Assembly (NCBI GenBank): GCA_964491475.1
Contig: CAZBFO010000001.1
Span: 110,720-174,719, forward strand
DNA: 64,000 nucleotides
Direction: 5' to 3'
Source of the DNA: an uncultured Gammaproteobacteria bacterium
Lineage (GTDB): Bacteria; Patescibacteriota; Patescibacteriia; SG8-24
The notes beneath the pieces are model-generated. The model had not been told where the DNA came from. It saw only the letters and a list, made by a program, of their open reading frames with translations, and did no database searches. A program made the translations under genes and the position numbers. Positions 56,701 through 64,000 of this stretch are shown here, one piece after another (positions within the stretch are counted from its first letter, which is position 1; every line of letters begins with the position of its first letter).

Positions 56701-57213
56701 ATGAACATCATCGATATCAGCCTGCTGGTACTGCTCGGCGGCTTTGTGCTGTACGGCTTCTGGTTCGGCATCATCCACCTCATCGGTTCCATCGTCGGCC
56801 TGATCGTCGGCGCGATCGTTTCCGGAAGGATGTACGGCCCCGTCGGCGCCTGGCTCACGCCCTACGTGGGCGGCAACGCCAACCTGGGACGAGTCATCGC
56901 CTTCTTCCTGGTGTTCGTCCTGGTAAGCAAGCTGGTCGGGCTGCTGTTCTGGATTGTCGAGAAAATCTTCAAGTTCATCTCGATCATTCCGTTCATGAAG
57001 ACCTTCAACCGGCTGCTCGGCGCAGCCTTCGGGCTGCTGGAAGGCACGTTGGCGCTGGGCCTGGCAGTGTACTTCGCCTCGCGCTTCCCGATTTCGGAGG
57101 CGACCGAAGCGGCCTTGCAGGGCTCGAAGGTCGCGCACGCGCTTCTGCCGGTCGGTTCGATTCTGGCACCGCTGCTCCCGCTGGCCGTTCGCGCCGCCCA
57201 GTCGTTCATGTAA
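56701..57213 (+). CDS. cvpA: CvpA family membrane protein (colicin V production protein-like)
   Basis: IIDISLLVLLGGFVLYGFWFG N-terminus and 4-TM layout. Confidence 0.8.
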   Translation: MNIIDISLLVLLGGFVLYGFWFGIIHLIGSIVGLIVGAIVSGRMYGPVGAWLTPYVGGNANLGRVIAFFLVFVLVSKLVGLLFWIVEKIFKFISIIPFMKTFNRLLGAAFGLLEGTLALGLAVYFASRFPISEATEAALQGSKVAHALLPVGSILAPLLPLAVRAAQSFM

Positions 57214-57220
57214 CAAGGTC

Positions 57221-58060
57221 ATGCGCTTCATCGACACCCATTGTCACCTCGATTCGCCGGTCTACGAGCGAGACCTGGACATTGTGGTACGCCATGCCCG
57301 CGATGAAGGTGTCGAGATCGTCACCCTCGGCAACGACCTGGAGTCGTCGCGCCGGGCGGTGGAGATCGCCGAGCGCTATCCCAAAGGCGTCTATGCCGCC
57401 GTCGGCATGCACCCCAAACACATCGGCGGCAACTTGTGGGCCGACGACAAGCTGATGGACACCGTCGCCTTCAGCGAGCTGCTGCGGCATCCGAAGGTCG
57501 TGGCCATCGGCGAAACCGGCCTGGACTTCCACGCCTTGCCCACCTACACCCGCAGCGCCGCCGAACGCCAGATGGTGAACCGCATCAAGCTGAACCAGCG
57601 CAACGTCTTCAGCCGTTTCCTGGACCTGTCGCGCGAGTTCCGCCTGCCGCTGATGCTCCATTGCCGCGACGCCTACGGCGACATGCTCAACATGATCGAG
57701 ACCTGGGACAAGACCACCCGCGGCTTCGATTCGCGCGGCGTAGTCCACTGCTTCTCGGGGGACTGGAAGACGGCTCGACGCTTCTTCAACCTCGACTTCT
57801 CGATTTCGGTCACCGGCGTATTGACGCACGGCGCTTACCAGAGCGAAGTCATACGGAAGGCGCCGGCCAGCAGGCTGCTCATTGAGAGCGACTGCCCGCA
57901 CATGACCGCGATACCGTGGAGCCATCGCCGCAACGAACCCAGCTACCTGCCGCTGGTGGCCGAAGCCGTTGCCGCCATGCGCGACGTGAGCTCGGCCCAG
58001 ATCTCCGCAGACACCACCGCCAACGCCCTCAAGCTGTTCCACCGCATTCCGCGATCCTGA
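57221..58060 (+). CDS. tatD: TatD family metal-dependent hydrolase/DNase
   Basis: IDTHCHLD, GETGLDF, HCRDA, DCP motifs. Confidence 0.85.
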   Translation: MRFIDTHCHLDSPVYERDLDIVVRHARDEGVEIVTLGNDLESSRRAVEIAERYPKGVYAAVGMHPKHIGGNLWADDKLMDTVAFSELLRHPKVVAIGETGLDFHALPTYTRSAAERQMVNRIKLNQRNVFSRFLDLSREFRLPLMLHCRDAYGDMLNMIETWDKTTRGFDSRGVVHCFSGDWKTARRFFNLDFSISVTGVLTHGAYQSEVIRKAPASRLLIESDCPHMTAIPWSHRRNEPSYLPLVAEAVAAMRDVSSAQISADTTANALKLFHRIPRS

Positions 58061-58914
58061 TGTACCTGCAACGTATCGACGCCCACAGCCATGTCAGCTT
58101 CCGCGCCTACCGCGACGACGCCGAAGCCGTGATTCGCCGTTCCCTCGAGGAGGGGACGGGCATGCTTGCGGTCGGCACGCGAATCGAAACCAGCCGCGAG
58201 GCCGTGGCCTGCGCCGACAAGTACGACGGCATCTGGGCGCTGGTGGGTCTGCATCCGACGCACGTGTTTTCCTCATACGTGGACGAAAACGAGATGGAGC
58301 ACGAGAGCAGGCCCGAGAAGTTCGACATCGAGGCCTACCGCGCGCTGGCGAAAAGCTCCCCCAAAGTCGTCGGCATCGGCGAATGCGGGCTGGACTACTA
58401 TCGGCTGCCCGAAGGCGGCGACCATGAGGCCATCAAGGCCGCGCAGCGCGCCGCCTTTAGCGGCCAGCTCGACCTGGCGTACGAACTCGGCTTGCCGGTA
58501 ATGATCCACTGCCGCGACGCGCATGACGAGGTGGCGTCGATACTCGAGGAATGCCGCGACGCGGGCAGGCCGATCCGCGGCAACGTCCACTGCTTCACCG
58601 GCACATGGACCGAAGCGCAACGCTATCTGGCGTTGGGTTTCTACGTTTCCTTCACCGGCATCGTGACCTTTCCGCCGCGCAAATCGGACGCTGGCAAGGA
58701 GACCCTGGCCGACGTGGCCCGGCAGCTCCCCCTCGACCGCATGCTCATCGAAACGGACGCTCCGTACCTGGCACCGCTGCCGCATCGCGGCGAGCGCAAC
58801 GAACCCTCGTACGTGAAGCACGTGGCGGCGTTCATCGCCGGGCTCAAAGGCGTCAGCACCGATGAAGTCGAACGGCAGACGCTGCAGAATGTACGCACGC
58901 TTTTCCGAATATGA
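58060..58914 (+). CDS. TatD family hydrolase, second paralog
   Basis: Start overlaps the previous stop (TGATG). IDAHSH, GECGLDYY, HCRDA, VHCFTG, ETDAPYL motifs. Confidence 0.8.
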   Translation: MYLQRIDAHSHVSFRAYRDDAEAVIRRSLEEGTGMLAVGTRIETSREAVACADKYDGIWALVGLHPTHVFSSYVDENEMEHESRPEKFDIEAYRALAKSSPKVVGIGECGLDYYRLPEGGDHEAIKAAQRAAFSGQLDLAYELGLPVMIHCRDAHDEVASILEECRDAGRPIRGNVHCFTGTWTEAQRYLALGFYVSFTGIVTFPPRKSDAGKETLADVARQLPLDRMLIETDAPYLAPLPHRGERNEPSYVKHVAAFIAGLKGVSTDEVERQTLQNVRTLFRI

Positions 58915-58980
58915 AAAAGCCCCCATGATGCGGAGGACCGACCGCCGAAGGCGTATTGAAATGGCACGAATGATGGCCCG

Positions 58981-59020
58981 CAAAAAAGAGAAGGGGCGGC
59001 ACGCAAACGCGTGCCGCCCC
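58981..59020 (-). terminator. terminator (minus strand) after the 59056-60549 gene
   Basis: 12-bp stem GGGGCGGCACGC-AAAC-GCGTGCCGCCCC; the U-run is on the minus strand. A second palindrome GTCCGGA-GCTT-TCCGGAC is adjacent. Confidence 0.75.
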
Positions 59021-59055
59021 TTATTACGATGTCCGGAGCTTTCCGGACATGCCGC

Positions 59056-60549
59056 TTACGCGGACTTTTCGGAGCTCACCTTCCGCACGTAGAACATCTT
59101 CATGTTCTTCGGCTTCTCGGAGAACTCCACCACGTCCAGACCAGACTGGACGATGGCGGCCTTGAGGACCTCGACGGTGGTCGACAGCTCGGCTGCCATC
59201 TTCGGGTAGGCGCTTTCGAACTTGTCGGCCGGGGCCGTCGGGATCGGAGCGTTGGACTTGACGATGACGTCGTCCGAATCGGGCACATCGACCGATCCGT
59301 CGGTGTCGCCGCCGTTGTCGAACGGGTCGACGGCGTTGGCCGGCGGTGACGCCGGCGCAGCGCTTTCGACTCCCTTGGTCAGAGCCTTGCCGATGGCATC
59401 GCCGAACGTTGCGCCGCCGTGCGGACGGACCTTGTTCGGCGAGGACGCGGGGTCTTGGACCCGTTGAGCGTTGCCGCTCACCGGAGCCGAGGCGTTCTGA
59501 CCGTCACGGCCGTGACCGCGGCGGTTGCGCTTCTTGCGGCGCTTCGGCTTGCTGCCGTCGACCGCAGGAGCGGCCGCCGGCCTGTCCGCCTGCACCGCCT
59601 CGCCCTGGTGGGGCACGTCCTGAACCGCCTTGCGGACGGCAGCAAGGGCGCGCCTCTTGGCTTCGTGGATGGCGTCGATCCGCGCAAGGGTGTTCTCGCG
59701 CAGGACGCGAGGGGTCTCCTTGCGAAGCGAGGCTTCGAGGGCCTTGGCGATCCGATGGGCGTTTTCGCGGATGACGTGAGGCATGCTGCCCGGCATCGTC
59801 CGAATCCCCAATCGGCTGTCCGACAGAAGGTCGTAGATCGACATCTGCCGATCACGGACGGTCACGTCGGCCACGCTGCGGACGGTGATGACCGTCGGCT
59901 TCCGCTCGAATGACCGAAGGGTCACCTTGAACGGGTCTTCCGGCTGTACCGGCGGGAGAAGCTCGTCCTCGTCGCCCTGCCGCTGCACCGATGCCGGCTT
60001 GGGAGCCGGGGCGGCCAGCGGAATGGCGAAGAGCGCGTTGTTCCTGCCGTTGCGCGCCTCGACGAGCGTCACGCGAGTGACGACGCCGGGCTGGACCCGT
60101 CCTTCGTAGCCGCGTTCCACCAGCACCAGTTGCCCGCCTTGGGAGCGGGACATCAGGCGCGGTGCACGGCCGGTGTCGCGTTCGTCGCTCCAGTCGAAGA
60201 TCAGGTCTTCGATCTGCTGCGAACGCTGCTTCTGCTCGCGCACCCACTCTTCGCGGGTGAGCTCGCGGTAGTACACCGGCAGCGCCGAGCAAGCCACGCC
60301 GCGTCCCATGACGCTGCAGTAGTACGGCTTGACGTCGAGAACGGGGACGAAACGGTAGTCGTCGTACGTACCCGGAGTGACGTGCGTGCCGTCCGTGAGG
60401 ACGGCTGCGACGTGCGTGCCCCTGCCATCCGGCTTGGGCACCGTCGAGAAGACGAGACCGTCGATGATTTCGCCCTTGTTGAAGGACTCCGGCAAGGGCC
60501 GGGGCCCGCCGAATTCACGATTGCCGTTATTCTTGTTGAAATGACCCAT
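59056..60549 (-). CDS. hypothetical protein (497 aa) with basic KPKRRKKRNRR stretch
   Basis: AAGGCGG RBS; GC3 bias; low-complexity Ala/Pro-rich central region; no domain recognised. Confidence 0.5.
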   Translation of the reverse strand: MGHFNKNNGNREFGGPRPLPESFNKGEIIDGLVFSTVPKPDGRGTHVAAVLTDGTHVTPGTYDDYRFVPVLDVKPYYCSVMGRGVACSALPVYYRELTREEWVREQKQRSQQIEDLIFDWSDERDTGRAPRLMSRSQGGQLVLVERGYEGRVQPGVVTRVTLVEARNGRNNALFAIPLAAPAPKPASVQRQGDEDELLPPVQPEDPFKVTLRSFERKPTVITVRSVADVTVRDRQMSIYDLLSDSRLGIRTMPGSMPHVIRENAHRIAKALEASLRKETPRVLRENTLARIDAIHEAKRRALAAVRKAVQDVPHQGEAVQADRPAAAPAVDGSKPKRRKKRNRRGHGRDGQNASAPVSGNAQRVQDPASSPNKVRPHGGATFGDAIGKALTKGVESAAPASPPANAVDPFDNGGDTDGSVDVPDSDDVIVKSNAPIPTAPADKFESAYPKMAAELSTTVEVLKAAIVQSGLDVVEFSEKPKNMKMFYVRKVSSEKSA

Positions 60550-60632
60550 GGTGACCGCCTTTGCCTAGTGCGCCTTGCAGCGCGTCCATGTCCCGTTGCC
60601 GGGAGCCGTTGTACGCGACCCTTCGTCACGCA

Positions 60633-60652
60633 ACGTTTCCAGGGGGAAACGT
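60633..60652. promoter_or_regulatory. perfect palindrome ACGTTTCC-AGGG-GGAAACGT in the leader/control region of the 59056-60549 gene
   Basis: 8-bp inverted repeat with a 4-nt spacer, located just downstream of a TTGACAAAAGG...TGgTAAAGA promoter-like sequence on the minus strand. Confidence 0.45.
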
Positions 60653-60790
60653 GGGGTATCTTTACCATAAAATAGGCCTTTTGTCAAGGTCGGACGGAGG
60701 CTGGTGATTCGAATAATGACGCTAAAATAAGGTAAAAAAGTGTTCACTTGACCTTTTCTGTCTTTTGCCGCCCGCCAAAACCGCCTAGGA

Positions 60791-60819
60791 TTGACGAAAA
60801 GCCGATTTTTTGAGATACT
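60791..60819 (+). promoter_or_regulatory. sigma-70-type promoter TTGACG-N17-GATACT
   Basis: About 40 nt upstream of the 60860 ATG. Confidence 0.4.
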
Positions 60820-60859
60820 ACCGGCGATAGAAGTCGCTACCGAGGGTATATTTTTGTAT

Positions 60860-62494
60860 ATGGAACATCCTTCCTCGGCCGAAACTGCCCAACGGCAGGA
60901 CGGCTCGATTGTCCGTGAGCTGCCACCGGAAGCCAAGAAAGAGACGGGGGACAAGCTGCCCAGCTACGTGTTCCAGGGATACACCATCGTCCGTGACGGC
61001 GATGGCGGTTTCATCGTGAAAGAGGATCGTCGCGTCCGCAACAAGCACACGGGCGAGTACCGTGATGCCGAGATTGAGACCTCGATCACTTTCACGAAGA
61101 AGCTGACCGGACTCCTTGCGGCCGATGAGACCGCCGCCGAGACCGTCGCCCGCATCTGCGACGAGCTGCGCCGCGCGCTCGACGGTAACGGCGGGGTCAA
61201 AGTGTTCTTTGACCGCAAGCGCGACAGCTTCAAAGTGTACGCCAAGTGGCGTTACGCGCTGGAACGCGGCAAGTCCCAAGACGAACGCATCCTCGACGTG
61301 CCGGTCCACGTCCTGGACTTGGTGCGTGCCAACCGCGAGTACTACAGGACCGACATCTACAACGAGTGGCACGGACCGCTGCTGCAGCGCAAACGCGAGG
61401 CGCTCATCAGCGAAAAGCTCGCCGCCGATTATCCGGAAGACGAGACCGGGCCGACCGGAACCGAAAAGGAATCGAAGGAGGAAAAAATGCTCATTACCGA
61501 TGTCCGCACCATGACGTCCATGCAGGCGCGCGAGGCGCTCAAGGCGTCCGCAGGCATGCTGGCCGACAAGTTCGCGCCGCTCTTCGCGCTGCCAGAACAG
61601 ACCGAGAAGTACCTGTCGTACGTCACCGACTTCGCCGACAGCACTTTCAAGGTGAGCTTCCGCAGCGACATGTCCAAGGACGCCTCCAACCGGATCGTCC
61701 GCGGCGTGCTGCTGGAGAAGTTCGCCGGCGACCAGGCCATGCTCTCGGCCATCGAGCAGCACCTGCCCGAACCGCCGAAGGCCGCCGAAACCGTTCCGAA
61801 AAAAGCCAAGGCAACCGATGACGACGAGCTCTTCGGCGCCGAATTGTCGGCAGAAGGGGAGGAATCCCCGGACTCCGTCCGCGAGGCCGACATGGCTGCG
61901 GCGGCACAAGCCGAGTACCTGAAGATCCGCGAAATGCTGTCCTACGTGGGCGAGGTGTCCATGCTGGAGCAGCGCATCGCCGAGCTCGAGCAGATGATCA
62001 GCCCCGACAACGGGGCCGTCTCGCGCGCCGCCCAGTTGGCGCTTGCCGAGATCGAGCTGGGCAGGATCGGCTCCGTATCCGAAAAGCGCGTGAATGATTT
62101 GCGCCGCTCGCCGGAGGAACGGAAGCTGCTGGCCGATCATCCGGAGCTCGATGCCCGCAACGTCCGCATCGACGAGAACGACCAGCTGGTGGCCTTCATT
62201 GACCGCCAGAACGTCGAGGCCGGCGTGAAGCGGGTGATGCGTCGCGTCACCGACGCCGCGCTTCGCGGCGAGGAGGTCACGGCAGTCGATGAGGAGCTGG
62301 CCGAGCGCATCGCCAACTACCTCAAGGAAATGCTTCTGGCCAAGAACCAAAGCGAGGCTACCCGGCAGCGATTCGCCGCCAGGTTGGCCTCCTACCACGT
62401 CACCGACTCCGAAGTCCACTTCAAGGACGTGCAGGCGCTGGTGACCACGGTGGCCGGACTGGCGCAAAAGCTGAAAGTCAAGGAAAAAGCCTAG
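60860..62494 (+). CDS. hypothetical acidic coiled-coil-rich protein (544 aa)
   Basis: GC3 bias; no TM; predicted helical/charged; terminator after stop. Confidence 0.5.
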   Translation: MEHPSSAETAQRQDGSIVRELPPEAKKETGDKLPSYVFQGYTIVRDGDGGFIVKEDRRVRNKHTGEYRDAEIETSITFTKKLTGLLAADETAAETVARICDELRRALDGNGGVKVFFDRKRDSFKVYAKWRYALERGKSQDERILDVPVHVLDLVRANREYYRTDIYNEWHGPLLQRKREALISEKLAADYPEDETGPTGTEKESKEEKMLITDVRTMTSMQAREALKASAGMLADKFAPLFALPEQTEKYLSYVTDFADSTFKVSFRSDMSKDASNRIVRGVLLEKFAGDQAMLSAIEQHLPEPPKAAETVPKKAKATDDDELFGAELSAEGEESPDSVREADMAAAAQAEYLKIREMLSYVGEVSMLEQRIAELEQMISPDNGAVSRAAQLALAEIELGRIGSVSEKRVNDLRRSPEERKLLADHPELDARNVRIDENDQLVAFIDRQNVEAGVKRVMRRVTDAALRGEEVTAVDEELAERIANYLKEMLLAKNQSEATRQRFAARLASYHVTDSEVHFKDVQALVTTVAGLAQKLKVKEKA

Positions 62495-62499
62495 GAACC

Positions 62500-62530
62500 G
62501 AGCGCCCCGTCAACGGGGCGCTTTTTCTTT
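62500..62530 (+). terminator. rho-independent terminator
   Basis: AGCGCCCCG-TCAA-CGGGGCGCT followed by TTTTTCTTT. Confidence 0.8.
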
Positions 62531-62653
62531 AAAACCTCCTTGACCTTATCGGGCTTTTTCCCTAAAATCGCGTTAGTTGCCTGTGGAAAACGGGCAGCAG
62601 GCGCTGCACCCCGCCTTTCCGGAATTCGGAGACGGGTTTTATCGTTGCGTAGC

Positions 62654-62950
62654 ATGGAAACGGCTCCCAAACCTCCCGAACAGCGCGACATCGACCGCCG
62701 CTACATGCTCCTGGCCGTCAGGATCATGGGCGAGTTCGGCGCTTCCATCGCCTTGCCCGTCGTGGTGCTGGCGGTGTTGGGAAAGAAGCTGGACGCCGTC
62801 TACGGCACCGCGCCTTATCTGCGCATCGCAGGTTTCATCCTCGCTGCGGCACTGACCGCGGCCATCATCAACAAGCGCGCCCGCGACTTCGGCAGGGAGT
62901 ACGAGGCGCTCGGCAAGGAAGAAGAGGCTAATAAGGAAACGAAACAGTAG
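62654..62950 (+). CDS. atpZ: AtpZ/AtpI-like small membrane protein preceding atpB
   Basis: 98 aa, 2 TM (LLAVRIMGEFGASIALPVVVLAVLGKKLD), positioned immediately upstream of atpB as in many ATP synthase operons. Confidence 0.55.
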   Translation: METAPKPPEQRDIDRRYMLLAVRIMGEFGASIALPVVVLAVLGKKLDAVYGTAPYLRIAGFILAAALTAAIINKRARDFGREYEALGKEEEANKETKQ

Positions 62951-62954
62951 CACT

Positions 62955-63830
62955 ATGTCAGTTCCGGTCGCTGCCGAAAAATTGTTTTCCCTGGGCTCGC
63001 TTTCGGTGACCAATTCTCTGCTCACCGGCTGGACGGTCGTCGCCGTACTGGCGGTTTTGAGCGCAATCATCGCCAAGACCGTGGCCGAAGTCCCCAAAGG
63101 TGTGCAGAACGTGGCCGAATTCGTCCTCGAAGGCATGCTCTCCTTCATGGATCAGGTCACTCACGACCGCGCCCGTTCACGCCGCTTCCTTCCCATCATC
63201 GGGGCGCTGTTCCCGTTCATCCTTTTTTCCAACTGGCTCGGGCTGCTCCCCGGTGTCGGCACCATCGGCATCTGGGGCATGACCGGTGAAGGCAAGGAGC
63301 TTATCCCGCTTTTCCGTCCGGCCACCAGCGACCTCAACATGACCATGGCGATGAGCATCTCCGTGGTGGTGGCCTCGCATGTCATCGGCGTAATGACCAT
63401 CGGATTTTTCAAATACTGGAACAAGTTCATCCAACTGGGCAGCCTCTGGAAGGCGGTCGCCAAAATCGGCAAGCAGCCGGTGGGCGATTATGCCATCGGA
63501 GTGTTCTCGGCTCTCGTCGGCGTGATGGTCGGGCTGATCGAGCTGATGACCGAGGCGGCCAAGATGGTCTCACTGGCCCTGCGTCTCTTTGGCAACATTT
63601 TCGCCGGCGAGGTGCTGATTCACGTGCTGTCGTCACTGATGGCCTACGTCCTTCCGACGCCGTTCATGTTCCTCGAACTCATCGTCGGCATCGTGCAGGC
63701 GCTGGTGTTCTCGATGCTGACGCTGGTGTACCTGGTGCTGGCTACGGACGAGCCGCACGGTGACGACGAACATCACGAGGAAACCCACGGCAAAAAGCAT
63801 GCCGACTCTCCTGAGCAATCCCACGCGTAG
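62955..63830 (+). CDS. atpB: F0F1 ATP synthase subunit a
   Basis: LALRLFGNIFAGEVL (conserved Arg in R-x-FGN-x-AGE), 5-6 TM. Unusual His/Asp/Glu-rich C-terminal tail. Confidence 0.9.
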   Translation: MSVPVAAEKLFSLGSLSVTNSLLTGWTVVAVLAVLSAIIAKTVAEVPKGVQNVAEFVLEGMLSFMDQVTHDRARSRRFLPIIGALFPFILFSNWLGLLPGVGTIGIWGMTGEGKELIPLFRPATSDLNMTMAMSISVVVASHVIGVMTIGFFKYWNKFIQLGSLWKAVAKIGKQPVGDYAIGVFSALVGVMVGLIELMTEAAKMVSLALRLFGNIFAGEVLIHVLSSLMAYVLPTPFMFLELIVGIVQALVFSMLTLVYLVLATDEPHGDDEHHEETHGKKHADSPEQSHA

Positions 63831-63942
63831 GGGTTGAGGAGACGGTTCGACGCCCCCGTGCATACGGCGGACTTCGAACCTCACCCTTAACCGAAGCGGA
63901 AGAAGGCGACCCCCGTCGACCAGAACGCTTCACGTCACCACT

Positions 63943-64000
63943 ATGGCAGACCCCGCAATGCTGGCGTCAGTCAGTCCGGAATCGGTCAAGATTTTCACCA
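63943..64000 (+). CDS. possible 5' end of ATP synthase subunit c gene (truncated by window edge)
   Basis: ATG 112 bp after atpB; the expected position of atpE, but only 19 codons are visible and there is no clear RBS. Confidence 0.2.
   Translation, partial: MADPAMLASVSPESVKIFT

Noticed and set aside
58862-59092. 76-aa ORF between the second tatD and the 59056 gene.
   Set aside because: It spans two terminator hairpins, has an Arg/Met-rich low-complexity translation, no RBS and no GC3 bias.
63831-63942. tRNA-like GGTTCGA motif and a GIGQ-containing frame in the atpB-atpE spacer.
   Set aside because: No cloverleaf can be built around the GGTTCGA. The GIGQ frame has no start codon after an in-frame TAA. 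The coding frame of the next gene is most likely the ATG at 63943.

Overview
This is a high-GC (about 65%) bacterial chromosomal segment. It is gene-dense, with mostly short intergenic regions, frequent 4-bp ATGA/TGATG start-stop overlaps, and many hairpin-plus-T-run rho-independent terminators. The recognisable content is housekeeping and envelope-related: NADP-isocitrate dehydrogenase (icd) divergent from aconitase (acnA); an Rrf2-regulated SUF Fe-S cluster (sufB-sufD-sufS-sufU-sufC-sufT); thiI, rsmI, metG; two tandem tatD genes; sodA; glutaredoxin and thioredoxin-like genes; a histone-like DNA-binding protein (HU); a copper-exporting ATPase (copA); undecaprenyl-diphosphatase (uppP); an alternative sigma factor (ECF sigma)/anti-sigma pair; a sigma-70 family factor; and the start of an ATP synthase operon (atpZ-atpB). 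I found no rRNA, tRNA, CRISPR array, transposase or integrase. The long ORFs that run antisense to real genes are treated as GC-driven artefacts. The most unusual content is in seven areas. First, a five-gene array of paralogous lipoproteins (13.7-16.9 kb), each carrying its own near-identical terminator. Second, a roughly 100-150-bp highly palindromic element present twice in inverted orientation, once between sufB and sufD and once between rsmI and metG. Third, a recurring extended promoter motif, TTGACAAAAtG...TGn-TAnnnT. Fourth, a copA-adjacent DUF378 membrane protein with a Cys-rich metallothionein-like tail, followed by three small monocistronic 2-TM protein genes. Fifth, a DUF4349-ECF sigma-anti-sigma-SIMPL-uppP putative envelope-stress operon. 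Sixth, a sigma-70 gene translationally coupled to a small coiled-coil ORF. Seventh, a divergent pair of large uncharacterised proteins that share a control region containing a perfect 8-bp-stem palindrome. CDS start/stop coordinates come from frame arithmetic on the supplied ORF track and should be accurate; coordinates of terminators, promoters and repeats come from reading the sequence and are approximate to within a few bases.
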